Origin: an uncultured Nitrospiraceae bacterium
Lineage (GTDB): Bacteria > Nitrospirota > Thermodesulfovibrionia > Thermodesulfovibrionales > UBA6898
Assembly (NCBI GenBank): GCA_963811165.1
Contig: CAWEQH010000001.1
Coordinates: 608,001-672,000 of the forward strand
DNA: 64,000 nt
Direction of reading: 5' to 3'
Positions 9,761-19,596 of this stretch are shown here, one piece after another. Numbering within the stretch: the stretch's first letter is position 1; every line of letters starts with the position of its first letter. The position numbers and the translations under genes were made by a program. The notes beneath the pieces are model-generated. The model saw nothing but the letters and a program-made list of their open reading frames with translations, did not search any database and was not told the DNA's origin.

Positions 9761-10186
9761 ATGGCCACTGTCAAAAAAGGAGATACTATCAGAATACATT
9801 TCGTGGGCAAACTCGACGACGGCACGGTCTTCGATACGTCGGAGGGCGGTGCTTCACTCGAAATAAAGGTGGGGGGAGGAGAATTCCTCCCGGGCCTCGA
9901 AAAGGGCCTCGTCGGCATGAGCACCGGCGAGAGCAAGACAATCCGGGTCGCCGCAGGGGAGGGATATCCGTACCACAAGGAGCGGGTCTTCGAGTACGAC
10001 AGGTCCAGGCTGCCCGAGGGCGTGAGCGCTGAAGTGGGCCGGCAGTTCCAGATGTTCCGCGCCGACGGACAGCCGGTTATGGTCACTATCGCCGGGGTGA
10101 ATGAAAAGACGGTCACGCTCGACTGTAACCATCTCCTCGCCGGAAAAGACCTGACGTTCGAAGTCACTCTGGAGGAGATCGTATAG
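9761..10186 (+). CDS. FKBP-type peptidyl-prolyl isomerase (SlyD/FkpB-like, no His-rich tail)
   Basis: GKLDDGTVFDTS, PGLEKGL.GM and LDCNHLLAGKDLTF motifs. Confidence 0.9.
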   Translation: MATVKKGDTIRIHFVGKLDDGTVFDTSEGGASLEIKVGGGEFLPGLEKGLVGMSTGESKTIRVAAGEGYPYHKERVFEYDRSRLPEGVSAEVGRQFQMFRADGQPVMVTIAGVNEKTVTLDCNHLLAGKDLTFEVTLEEIV

Positions 10187-10198
10187 AAGCTTTTCCGA

Positions 10199-11221
10199 AT
10201 GGTAAAAAGAATAAACCTCAAATCGCTCCCTAATGACGGCCTCTTTCGATATATTGAAGACAGCGGCCTTCCCCGTTTTCGCGCGGGCCAACTGATCAGC
10301 TGGATCTACCGGAAGTACGCTTCCGATATCGCAGGCATCACCGAGTTTTCGAAGGAACTCAGGTCCTCGCTTGCCGTCGGGGCATATATAAGCGACCTGA
10401 GACTTGCCAGGCGGCTTAAGTCTTCGGACGGCACGGAAAAATTTCTCTTCTCTTTAGAAGACGGGGAAACGATCGAAAGCGTACTCATCCCCGATGACGC
10501 ACGGCTGACACTCTGCATATCCTCCCAGGTCGGCTGCGCGATGGGCTGCAAGTTTTGTCTGACCGGGAAGCTCGGTCTGATCAGAAACCTCAGGGCCTTC
10601 GAGATTGTCGACCAGGTGATCGCGGTAAACAGGCTGATCCTCCCCGGAAAGATCACGAACATCGTCCTCATGGGCATGGGAGAGCCGCTTGCGAACCTGA
10701 ATGAGGTTGCCGAAGCGCTCTGGAGGATCACCGAATATATAGGGATATCAAAGCGGAGGATAACCCTTTCGACTGCAGGACTTGTCCCGGGGATAGCGCT
10801 TCTTGCCGAAAAGGCGCCGGAGGTGAATCTCGCGGTTTCGCTGAACGCTTCGTCCGATAAGATACGGGAAGAGATCATGCCGGTAAACAAGAGGTATCCG
10901 CTTAAGTCCCTCATCGGCGCCTGCAGGAAGTTTCCTCTGGGGCCGCAGAGGAAGATAACGTTCGAATATGTCCTGATCGGGGGTGTAAACGATTCTGTAG
11001 GGGACGCTCTGCTGCTTGCGAAACTGCTCAGGGGCCTAAGGTGCAAGGTAAACCTCATACCCCTGAACCCTCATGAGGGAAGCGCTCTGAAGCGGCCGTC
11101 CGATACCGTCGTGCACGAGTTCCAGAAGGCCCTTGTCCGTAACCACCTCACCGCTTTTATCAGGGAGAGCAAGGGGCAGGACATCCTTGCGGCCTGCGGA
11201 CAACTCAGGGCAGAACATTGA
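10199..11221 (+). CDS. rlmN: 23S rRNA/tRNA m2A methyltransferase RlmN
   Basis: CISSQVGCAMGCKFC, MGMGEP and DILAACGQL motifs. Confidence 0.96.
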   Translation: MVKRINLKSLPNDGLFRYIEDSGLPRFRAGQLISWIYRKYASDIAGITEFSKELRSSLAVGAYISDLRLARRLKSSDGTEKFLFSLEDGETIESVLIPDDARLTLCISSQVGCAMGCKFCLTGKLGLIRNLRAFEIVDQVIAVNRLILPGKITNIVLMGMGEPLANLNEVAEALWRITEYIGISKRRITLSTAGLVPGIALLAEKAPEVNLAVSLNASSDKIREEIMPVNKRYPLKSLIGACRKFPLGPQRKITFEYVLIGGVNDSVGDALLLAKLLRGLRCKVNLIPLNPHEGSALKRPSDTVVHEFQKALVRNHLTAFIRESKGQDILAACGQLRAEH

Positions 11222-11294
11222 GAAGCGCTGCGGCATATTTCTCTTTACTTGACGGCAGGCCTTCTGATAGCGTAAAAAAAGTGGAAAAAAAAAT

Positions 11295-12017
11295 ATGCGC
11301 CGGGAGGCAAATGGTGTGATAAGACCGAAGATACTTCTTCTTGTAATTATTGTCTCCCTTTTTGCGGCCTGCGCCACGACGGACAGAGCGAACAAGGCGG
11401 AGGCATACCATAAGCTCGGCATCGCATATCTCAACGAAAACAAGATCCAGCAGGCCTTCGTCGAATTCTATAAGGCCTATGACCTCGATCCGCACAACAA
11501 GGAGGTCCTCTTTGCAATAGGGACCCTCTATCTCCTTCATCTCGACGAGACGGAAAAGGCGATCTCGTATTTCGAAAGAGCAGTGAAGGAGGACCCGCTT
11601 TATTCGGAGGCCTTCAACAGCCTGGGCTACGCGTATGAGAAACTGGGCAACTTCGAGAAGGCGATATCTTTTTACAAGAAGGCCCTTTCGAACCCGCTTT
11701 ATCCTACCGCGGAAAAGGCTTACGTAAATATGGGCAATTCCTATTACGGGCTTGGTAATTATGATGCGGCCTTGCAGTCGTATAAGGAAGCGATCATGAG
11801 GTCGCCGGAGCTTGGCATCGCCTACTGGAGGATGGCCCTCTGCCTTAATGCGATGGGCAGATACGGAGATGCTGCGACAGCGGTTTCCGAGGCGGTGAGA
11901 CTGGACTATGCCGGCGACCGGGGAAGGGCGGTCGAAGACCTGAGCCTGAAGAAGCTGAAGGCAAGGGGCCGTGAGGAACGTGAGATAAGCGACTACCTGG
12001 AAATACTCAAGTACTGA
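11295..12017 (+). CDS. TPR lipoprotein, PilW/PilF-like pilus or secretin assembly factor
   Basis: Lipobox-like FAAC, tandem TPRs, ALSNPLYPT motif; lies after rlmN as pilF/pilW often does. True start may be slightly downstream. Confidence 0.75.
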   Translation: MRREANGVIRPKILLLVIIVSLFAACATTDRANKAEAYHKLGIAYLNENKIQQAFVEFYKAYDLDPHNKEVLFAIGTLYLLHLDETEKAISYFERAVKEDPLYSEAFNSLGYAYEKLGNFEKAISFYKKALSNPLYPTAEKAYVNMGNSYYGLGNYDAALQSYKEAIMRSPELGIAYWRMALCLNAMGRYGDAATAVSEAVRLDYAGDRGRAVEDLSLKKLKARGREEREISDYLEILKY

Positions 12018-12109
12018 CCCTGTGCCGATTCTATCTTAATTACACCACCAATTACATACAATTGCGTATCCCTAAATCCCCGGTGGCGGATAGTGTTGAA
12101 AAATTTCTA

Positions 12110-12138
12110 TTGACAAGACACGACTTTTTTGAAATAAT
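12110..12138 (+). promoter_or_regulatory. Sigma70-type promoter
   Basis: TTGACA-17 nt-AATAAT, 21 nt before ATG 12160. Confidence 0.65.
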
Positions 12139-12159
12139 CGAATCAAGAGGTATTGTAAT

Positions 12160-12630
12160 ATGAGTAAACATGTGTTGATGCTCCCTGTTTTCGTCTCGCT
12201 ATTAGTATTTTCCCCAGGCAGTGTTTTCGCCCAGGAAAGCCAGAAGGATATTCTCTCCGGCAAAGACTCCGGCAGCAAAGAGGTATGCGTCCTTATCAAA
12301 GACAACCTCAAAAGAGGTGTCGATGCGAAGGCGGTGACGAAAACGAATATTCAGCTCGGGCATAACGTCTGTTACGTAGTCAAGTGCGCTATAGAAGGAG
12401 GCGGCGAGCTGAAGCTGATCATTACCGGCGCGTTAGAGGCCGGCAGTACTTCAGACGTTGTTTCGAAATGTTGTGTCGATGCCGGGGCCGAGCCCGGGAT
12501 GATTGCACAGATACTTGAAAGTGTGGGAGAGGGTCTCGGGTATTCCCCCCTCGGGGACGAGATGATCCCGATGGACCCTGTCTCAACAGGAACTAAAGGA
12601 GGCAGTTCTATAAGTCCCTCCTCTTTTTGA
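12160..12630 (+). CDS. Exported Cys-containing hypothetical protein
   Basis: Signal peptide (VFA/QES), five Cys, low-complexity tail GLGYSP...GGSSISPSSF; RBS and promoter present. Confidence 0.8.
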   Translation: MSKHVLMLPVFVSLLVFSPGSVFAQESQKDILSGKDSGSKEVCVLIKDNLKRGVDAKAVTKTNIQLGHNVCYVVKCAIEGGGELKLIITGALEAGSTSDVVSKCCVDAGAEPGMIAQILESVGEGLGYSPLGDEMIPMDPVSTGTKGGSSISPSSF

Positions 12631-12684
12631 TCTCTTCGCCAAATCCTCACCTCGTCCAGTCGCAACACTCTTATCGTACAATCG

Positions 12685-13218
12685 CTAATCCTTCAGATGG
12701 GTTTCCACGAACTGTGCGAGGACCTCATGTATCTTTACCGGAGGAGACACGCCGAAATAAAAGTCGAGTATGACGTGCGCCAGTTCATGCGCTAAGACGC
12801 CTAGCCTTACGTCGTCGACCGAAATATAGACCGTCTTATCCCTTGGGGAATAAAAGGATATATAATCTACGGCCGCACCGTATCTGTTTTTATAGACTCT
12901 CTGGACCTCCCTGTCATTCGAGAGAAGGACGATCCTGAACTTCAGGTCCCGTGGGAACATATCAAGGATCGCCTCGACCCTTTCGACCAGAACGTCTACC
13001 TTGTTCCTTACCTCGTCGTCGGATGTGATGCTCCTTCTGTTTCTGAGGAGGTATGAGAGGCTCCCGAAAGAAACCTCTCTATTGAACTTCCGCAGTTGTT
13101 CCTCTTTATCGTAGGTGACGATCGTGTACTGCGTCTTTAACTCCGACGCGAAAGCTGCGGCGGCGGATGCGACGAGTAGGAATCCGGCAAGGACTGTACT
13201 TAACAAGCCAGGCAGCAT
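12685..13218 (-). CDS. Exported protein with zincin-like HExxH motif
   Basis: Signal peptide (AFA/SE); LAHELAH followed by IHEVLA. Confidence 0.75.
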   Translation of the reverse strand: MLPGLLSTVLAGFLLVASAAAAFASELKTQYTIVTYDKEEQLRKFNREVSFGSLSYLLRNRRSITSDDEVRNKVDVLVERVEAILDMFPRDLKFRIVLLSNDREVQRVYKNRYGAAVDYISFYSPRDKTVYISVDDVRLGVLAHELAHVILDFYFGVSPPVKIHEVLAQFVETHLKD

Positions 13219-13220
13219 AA

Positions 13221-13811
13221 CTAATTGTCATTCTTTAACTTGAAATTGCGGAGTATCTCCCCGATCCTCCGGTTTTTGGCAGCGGCCTCATCGAGTTGTC
13301 GGACAGCCTCCGGTCCGTTCGAGGTTTTTGCATCTGAGATGTGCGTTTCAATCTTGTCCGAGAGGTCCCTTATTTCTTTCAGATGCAAGGAGAGACCGGC
13401 GTTGAATTCATTAAACATCTGCGCGAGTTCCTTGGCTTCGTCTTTGGCCCTCAGTCTGATCTCGACATCGAAGTTGCCCTTCAGCATCTCCTCAAGGGAC
13501 TTTTCAAACCTAAAGACGGGTCCGGCGAACCGGTGAGTGAGAAACATTGAGGCCAGGACAACGAGCAGTCCGCCCGCGAAGATAAATATCCAGTTTGCGC
13601 TCAGGGCCTCTTTCAGAAGAATTACCGGGGTCTTCCCCAGTCTGAGATCGTAGTTCTTATACGCGATCGTCAGCGTATCGGCCGACAGGAGGCTGAAGAT
13701 GATCGTAAAAAAAAAACTTCCGGCAACAACCAAGATAAAGACGCTGAAGATATATCTCCCCTGGAGGTCTTTCTTTATGAAATAATTTCTTCTTCTGTAC
13801 GGTTTTTTCAT
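13221..13811 (-). CDS. Two-TM HAMP-domain membrane protein
   Basis: RRRNYFIKK N-terminus, two TMs, HRFAGPV...GNFDVEIRLRAKDEAKELA HAMP, short coiled tail. Confidence 0.8.
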   Translation of the reverse strand: MKKPYRRRNYFIKKDLQGRYIFSVFILVVAGSFFFTIIFSLLSADTLTIAYKNYDLRLGKTPVILLKEALSANWIFIFAGGLLVVLASMFLTHRFAGPVFRFEKSLEEMLKGNFDVEIRLRAKDEAKELAQMFNEFNAGLSLHLKEIRDLSDKIETHISDAKTSNGPEAVRQLDEAAAKNRRIGEILRNFKLKNDN

Positions 13812-13827
13812 GCCAGTATCTCCCGTG

Positions 13828-14562
13828 CTACTTCTTGATCAATATTTTTATCGTGGCCTTCTTCCTGAGGTCGCCGATCCAATTGTTAATCATCTTTTCT
13901 CTTTTTTCATCCGCCAGTATTTTCCTCAAGCCTTCCCTGTCAAGCCCTGCCGGGCGCGCCGAAGGCCTCTCCATACTGTCGAGCCTTACCACGACGTAGC
14001 CCCCGCCTGTCTTTATCGGTTCGGTATGGTCCCCGGCTTTAAGCGCCACCACCGGCGCCCTCAGATCACCGGAGAGGTCTTCAAGGTACAGGGTCTTCTG
14101 TTCGCCGCCCGTGAAATTGCCTCCCTTTGCTTTTTCAGGACTGTCGAAACTAAAGAAGGTAAGCCGCATCTTCCTGTTTAAAAAAGAGATGTAGTTGTTA
14201 AGCTCATCATCGCTCACCGAAACCTGCAGTAAGGAGAACTTTCTGTCCATGAGAATTTTTACCAACGACTGCTCATAGAAATTCTGTATCGCCCTTCTAA
14301 ACGACTCTTCCTTGTCGATTCCTTCCTTTTGAGATTCCTGGATGAGCAGTTCGCGTGTTATAAGGGAATTTATGAAGTTTTCCCTGTTTAGGGTGCGCAC
14401 AGACTGCGAGGAGATGAGAGCTGAGAACTCATCTGAGGTAATGGTTTTCCCGTTGATGATAAGGGCGGCCTTTTTTTCAGGGGTCTTTGCGGGCATCAGC
14501 GTATAGCCGATCAGGGCCGAGATTATCAGCAAAATTACGACAATGTAGTAGATATATTTCAA
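13828..14562 (-). CDS. SurA N-terminal-domain/PPIase-like membrane-anchored chaperone
   Basis: N-terminal TM; INGKTIT, LITRELLIQE..KEGID, PIKTGGGYVVVR and WIGDLRKKATI motifs; TTG start. Confidence 0.75.
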   Translation of the reverse strand: MKYIYYIVVILLIISALIGYTLMPAKTPEKKAALIINGKTITSDEFSALISSQSVRTLNRENFINSLITRELLIQESQKEGIDKEESFRRAIQNFYEQSLVKILMDRKFSLLQVSVSDDELNNYISFLNRKMRLTFFSFDSPEKAKGGNFTGGEQKTLYLEDLSGDLRAPVVALKAGDHTEPIKTGGGYVVVRLDSMERPSARPAGLDREGLRKILADEKREKMINNWIGDLRKKATIKILIKK

Positions 14563-14691
14563 GAAGACCTCAACTTCAAAAAAGTATAACAGACCGGCCG
14601 GAAAAAGTCATTCGAGCGCCAATGCTTGTAAAATGCTATTATTCCTGACAATTTGCGGCGATATAAAATCAATCCCCCTACGCGGGTAGGG

Positions 14692-14720
14692 TTGACGGAA
14701 AGTCTATCACACCTTAGAAT
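14692..14720 (+). promoter_or_regulatory. Sigma70-type promoter of the export operon
   Basis: TTGACG-17 nt-TAGAAT, preceded by hairpin cccta cgcggg taggg. Confidence 0.6.
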
Positions 14721-14840
14721 ATACAACGATGAAGCTTATTTCGAAAAAAGAACGGATAACGGATGAAACCGGTGTTTCCTGCTGACATTTCAGAGAACTC
14801 TACGGGTTTTTCGTGAATCCCGAATGTTCCGAAAATAAAT

Positions 14841-16418
14841 ATGATAAAATGGGCTCCGAGTTGCATAATCAGTTACATAATTTATTTCATCCTTAGTGCC
14901 CTCCTGTTTCAAAATCACATCTGTTTCGCCGGACAAAAAGAAGAAAGTGTCGGCAATAAAGTCTCCCGAAACGAGGTCGAGATCTCTGTTTTTACGACGG
15001 AAGAGGAGGCGGAAAAACTCGCCGAGAAGATCAGAAGCAGCGGTTTCGAGACCCTGGTCCGCACACATCAAACAGAAGACGACAGAACAGTATACGGGGT
15101 TTTCGTAATAATACATAAGGAATCTCCAGTCGCACAAAAACCTCCTTCCCCTGGGGGCGGGAGTGAATCGGTGCCTCCTCCCGTCTCTGGAAGCCCGGTC
15201 GGGGTGAAGAGGACCCCCAAGGATATCTTTGCACGTTCAGGGAGCTATTTCCATGCAGGGTTGACCGTTACGGAGATCTACACGGACAATGCCTTTAATA
15301 CAAAAACCGACAAGAAAAGCGACTTAAGTACGGTGCTCTCCCCCGATGTATGGATATCGGTGCCGCGCGTGAATGAAAAGCCGGCCGGCCTTGATTTTAT
15401 TGCACCCCGTTCTTTAGGGGGGTTGTCTCTTGGCAGGGAAAGGGCCGAAGGGGAAAGACGCTACCAGGCCTTTTTGATATATCAGTCGGATATCCCCGTG
15501 CATTCCGCGAACTCCCCTTCCGGCAACACGTTGACCCATAATGTACAAGGCGGCCTGGCCTATAATTTTCCCTTCGGTCTGTCCCTTGAAGTGAACGACG
15601 AATTTTCGAGATATTATGAGACGCCGGATACGTCGGGGCTGGTGGCGCCGGGCGAAGTGGACACATATAACAGCAATCTTTTTTATGCGCTCCTGTCATA
15701 TGACACAGGAAGTAACCTCAGGTTACGCTTCGATTACTCCCATTTCACCCTGAACTATGATGCCCAAAGGAACGAACTCAGAGACCGCGTGGATAATTCT
15801 TTTTCCACGTATCTTTTTTACAAGCTCCGGCCGAAGACCTCGCTTTTTTTTGAATATATTTTTACCGATGTCGGATATACGGACGATACTACGCTCAACA
15901 GCAAGGAACAGAATTTCTTTCTGGGTGTGGAGTGGAAAATCACGGCAAAATCAAGGGGCAGCGTCAAGGCAGGTTACAGCCTCCGGGACTTCACAGTTTC
16001 GGGAACAAACAATAACAAGACCTTCGTCTTTGAGGGCAAGATCGATCATAAATTTACCCCCAAGACCTCCCTGACGGTCACCGCATCGAGGAGGACGGAC
16101 GAGACCAACATCCCCTCTACCTTCTTCGTGCTTACGAACGAGGTAGAGTTGCAATATCAACAGATGGTGACCTCCAAGATTACGGGATCTTTGGCTCTTG
16201 GGTACAAAAACGAGAGTTACGGTGCCGATCTGACCCTTGGGGCTTTGACGGCAAAGAGAAAAGACAACCTTTACCAGCTCTCTCTGGGGCTGCAATATGA
16301 ATTCAGAAAGTGGCTCAAGGCTGGGATCTCCTACATATACGCCACCAGGGACTCCAATTTTTCCAATTTCAATTATTCAAGCAATACTGTTTTGCTGAAG
16401 CTCACCGGTTCTCTCTAG
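14841..16418 (+). CDS. Outer-membrane beta-barrel (EpsL/BBP2-like) with N-terminal SPOR-like domain
   Basis: YTDN motif and alternating beta strands; N-terminal SVFTTEEEAEKLAEKIRSSG...YGVFV followed by a Pro-rich linker. Confidence 0.75.
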   Translation: MIKWAPSCIISYIIYFILSALLFQNHICFAGQKEESVGNKVSRNEVEISVFTTEEEAEKLAEKIRSSGFETLVRTHQTEDDRTVYGVFVIIHKESPVAQKPPSPGGGSESVPPPVSGSPVGVKRTPKDIFARSGSYFHAGLTVTEIYTDNAFNTKTDKKSDLSTVLSPDVWISVPRVNEKPAGLDFIAPRSLGGLSLGRERAEGERRYQAFLIYQSDIPVHSANSPSGNTLTHNVQGGLAYNFPFGLSLEVNDEFSRYYETPDTSGLVAPGEVDTYNSNLFYALLSYDTGSNLRLRFDYSHFTLNYDAQRNELRDRVDNSFSTYLFYKLRPKTSLFFEYIFTDVGYTDDTTLNSKEQNFFLGVEWKITAKSRGSVKAGYSLRDFTVSGTNNNKTFVFEGKIDHKFTPKTSLTVTASRRTDETNIPSTFFVLTNEVELQYQQMVTSKITGSLALGYKNESYGADLTLGALTAKRKDNLYQLSLGLQYEFRKWLKAGISYIYATRDSNFSNFNYSSNTVLLKLTGSL

Positions 16419-16486
16419 CATTTCGATACTGCTCAAATGTGTATTTCTTCCCCAATTTATTCTATAATTCACTATAGGTTCTGGAA

Positions 16487-17281
16487 ATGAGAAACTACTT
16501 ATTACCCTTACTAGTCGTTGTTTTCCTCTGGAACGCCGGTATTCTCTTTGCCCAGGACTACAGGGTGGGCGAGGAAGATGTGTTGAAGATCACCGTGTAC
16601 GACCATCCGGATCTTACGACTGTGGCGCGGGTCAGCGGCGACGGACTCATCACCTTGCCGCTGATAGGCGCAGTAAAGGTTACGGGGCTGAGCACCGCCC
16701 AGATATCCCAAAAGCTGACCGATCTCTTGGCAGACGGGTATATCGTCGACCCCCATGTGTCTGTCTTTGTGGAGGAGTTTAGAAGCAGAAAGACCATTAT
16801 CATGGGGCAGGTGAACAAGCCGGGTGTCTATGCATTGAGCGGGAATACTACGTTTCTGGAATTGCTGTCCAAGGCCGGCGGTCTTACCAAGGAGGCCGGA
16901 GACAAGGCCATCATAAAGAGAAAGATCCTTTCGCCCGTCAAACAAGAGAGCATCATCACGATCGATCTTAAAAAACTCCTTGAGGAGGGAGACACCTCCT
17001 CTGACGTGATGCTCGTGGACGGCGACAACATTTACGTGGCGAAGGCGGGCGTTTTTTATATCACGGGAGAGGTCAAGAAACCCGATGCGTATAAATGCGA
17101 GGAAGGCACTACAGTGATCAAGGCTGCGACGATGGCCGGAGGTTTCACCGACAAGGCCGCCAACGGGAGGATAAAGATCATTCGAAGGGTGCAGGGGAAA
17201 GAAAAGATTATCGAAAAGGCGGAGATGGATGAGCCGGTCCTGCCCGACGATATCATCGTAGTTCCGGAGAGTTTTTTCTGA
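16487..17281 (+). CDS. Polysaccharide export protein (short Wza/OPX type with SLBB repeats)
   Basis: DYRVGEEDVLKITV, DGLITLPLIG, GQVNKPG, GEVKKP and PDDIIVVPESFF motifs. Confidence 0.9.
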   Translation: MRNYLLPLLVVVFLWNAGILFAQDYRVGEEDVLKITVYDHPDLTTVARVSGDGLITLPLIGAVKVTGLSTAQISQKLTDLLADGYIVDPHVSVFVEEFRSRKTIIMGQVNKPGVYALSGNTTFLELLSKAGGLTKEAGDKAIIKRKILSPVKQESIITIDLKKLLEEGDTSSDVMLVDGDNIYVAKAGVFYITGEVKKPDAYKCEEGTTVIKAATMAGGFTDKAANGRIKIIRRVQGKEKIIEKAEMDEPVLPDDIIVVPESFF

Positions 17282-17295
17282 ACGGGACGGATAAA

Positions 17296-19488
17296 ATGGA
17301 AGACAGAGAGATACATTTAAGGGACTACCTGAAAATTATCGCCAAGAGAAGGCAGACGGTATACACGTTTTTTGGCGCGGTGTTTGCCGTATCCCTGTTG
17401 CTGACTTTTTCCGCCACCCCGATTTACATGGCCACGACTAAGGTCCTGATAGAAAGGAGCGAACCGGGCAACCTCGGGCCTATGAACATGTATTACTCAA
17501 CGTATGACCCCGATTTCTACGAGACCCAGTACCAGCTTATAAAGAGCGCCTCCGTTGCCCGGAAGGTAGTCAAGATGCAGTCCCTGGACAAGAGCTATGA
17601 GTCTTACTTCAAGAAGGAACAGAGTGCCTTTAATATTGTCGGCGGGACCATCGGATGGTTTAAAGAGATATTTACCATGGTCCTGAATGTCACCGGCATA
17701 ACCGGCCCCGAACCGCGTCCTGCCGTCAAAAAGGAATCTGAAGGGGAGGTTGATGCGAAGGTCGATGCGATCGCAAGGACGATAAGCGCTTCTCTCATTG
17801 TGACACCCATAAAAAACAGCAAGCTGGTAAACATCGGGTACATGTCTTCGAACCCGGAGTTTTCGGCCCTGATAGTAAACTCCGTCGCGAAGGCATACAT
17901 TGAAGACCTTCTCGATATGAAGATGAGCACGTCCCGTTACGCGATGCGGTGGCTTACCGAAAAGGCGGAAGAAGAGAGGGCGAAACTCGAAAAATCGGAA
18001 CAGGCGCTTCAGGATTACCAGAGGATGAAAGATATTGTAACCCTGGAAAACAGGATCGCAATGGTCCCCGAGAAGCTCTCCGAAGTCGCCACGAAGATAG
18101 CCTCTGCCGAATCGAAGAGGAAAGAGTTGGAAGCCCTTTATGCCAAGGTCAGGGAGGTGATGCAAAACCCGGATAAGGCCGATACGATACCGGTGATCGC
18201 GTCCGATCCCACCGTCCAGTCGCTGCGTGTGCAGATACTTAAGGCGGAGCAGAATATCGGCGACATGTCAAAGAGGTTCGGGCAGAAACATCCGGCGATG
18301 ATTACGGCCGTGGCTGACTTGAAGGTCTTGAAGGAAAAGAGGGCACAGGAGATCAGGAGGGTCGTGGAGTCGATCAGGAACGAGTACGAGCTCGCAAAGG
18401 CAAACGAAGAAAATTTTCACAAAATGGCATCGCAGACAAAGAGCGAGACGCTGAACCTGAACGAAAAATTCATTCAGTACGAAGCCCTCAAGAGGGATGC
18501 GGAAACGAGCAAACAACTCTTCGACGCCATCATAAAGAAGATCAAGGAGCAGGACATAACCCAGGATATTCGGACCGTGAACGTCTGGGTCGTCGAGAAG
18601 GCCGAAGTCCCGAAGGCGGCCGCGAAACCGAACAAGCCCCGCAATGTCCTTCTGGGGTTTGTAATCGGGCTGCTTGGAGGGATTGGACTCGCCTTCTTTG
18701 TGGAGTATCTTGATAATACGATAAAGTCGGCGGAAGACGTTGAGGCGAAGTTGGGGGTCCCGGTCCTCGGGATCGTTCCGCTCCTGAAGACCGGCGAAAG
18801 CAAGATGGAGGAGATACTCCTGAAAGAGCCCCATTCCGTCTTCGCGGAAAACTACAAGGTCCTCAGAACGGCGATATTGCTTTCTTCTGCGGTTACCCCC
18901 CCGAAAAATATCCTTGTGACGAGTGCGGCGCCCGGCGAAGGCAAGACGGTTACGTCGGTCAACCTTGCGATGACGATTGCACAGGCAGCACACTCGGTCC
19001 TCCTTATAGACAGCGATCTAAGGAAACCGCGCATCCACAAGATCTTCGGGCTGGACAATTCCAAAGGCCTGAGCACATATCTTGCCGGCGCTTCCGATAT
19101 GAACATCATTTTCAAAGAAAAGGCCTCGAACCTTAATATTATCCCTTCCGGTCCGCTCCCCCCGAACCCTTCCGAACTCCTTAGCTCTGGAAAGATGTAC
19201 GAACTTATGAGGGCCCTGAATGAGAAATTCGATATTATCATCTGGGACGCGGCTCCTCTGCTGACAGTCACGGACAGTCTCGTCCTTAGCAAGCTCCTCG
19301 ATGGGACCATTATAGTGACAAGGGCGGGACAGACTACGTACGAAAGCGTCAGCAGGGCGCTGAAATCCGTGAATGACATCGAAGCCCATTTCCTTGGCGT
19401 AGTCATTAACGGACTCGACGTGAGAAAGAACGAGCATTATTACCGATATTACAGTTACGGGTATGGTGACAAGGACGCCTCCGTGTAA
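17296..19488 (+). CDS. wzc: Polysaccharide co-polymerase/tyrosine autokinase (Wzc/GumC family)
   Basis: Two TMs with coiled periplasmic region, Walker A APGEGKT, IDSDLRKP, C-terminal Tyr cluster HYYRYYSYGY. Confidence 0.92.
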   Translation: MEDREIHLRDYLKIIAKRRQTVYTFFGAVFAVSLLLTFSATPIYMATTKVLIERSEPGNLGPMNMYYSTYDPDFYETQYQLIKSASVARKVVKMQSLDKSYESYFKKEQSAFNIVGGTIGWFKEIFTMVLNVTGITGPEPRPAVKKESEGEVDAKVDAIARTISASLIVTPIKNSKLVNIGYMSSNPEFSALIVNSVAKAYIEDLLDMKMSTSRYAMRWLTEKAEEERAKLEKSEQALQDYQRMKDIVTLENRIAMVPEKLSEVATKIASAESKRKELEALYAKVREVMQNPDKADTIPVIASDPTVQSLRVQILKAEQNIGDMSKRFGQKHPAMITAVADLKVLKEKRAQEIRRVVESIRNEYELAKANEENFHKMASQTKSETLNLNEKFIQYEALKRDAETSKQLFDAIIKKIKEQDITQDIRTVNVWVVEKAEVPKAAAKPNKPRNVLLGFVIGLLGGIGLAFFVEYLDNTIKSAEDVEAKLGVPVLGIVPLLKTGESKMEEILLKEPHSVFAENYKVLRTAILLSSAVTPPKNILVTSAAPGEGKTVTSVNLAMTIAQAAHSVLLIDSDLRKPRIHKIFGLDNSKGLSTYLAGASDMNIIFKEKASNLNIIPSGPLPPNPSELLSSGKMYELMRALNEKFDIIIWDAAPLLTVTDSLVLSKLLDGTIIVTRAGQTTYESVSRALKSVNDIEAHFLGVVINGLDVRKNEHYYRYYSYGYGDKDASV

Positions 19489-19596
19489 ATCCTGCCGGCT
19501 GTTTGACGTCATTTTTTTTCGGGGGATCATAAAGTTGAGACCATGGCCCGTCGGTCCGACAGGGGCGAATGAAAAGACGAGGAGCATGAAGAAGAA

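Noticed and set aside
15138..15195. Repeat-derived origin of the Pro/Gly linker in the barrel gene
   Set aside because: C/G runs are explained by Pro/Gly codons, and similarity to the 42515 repeat is weak
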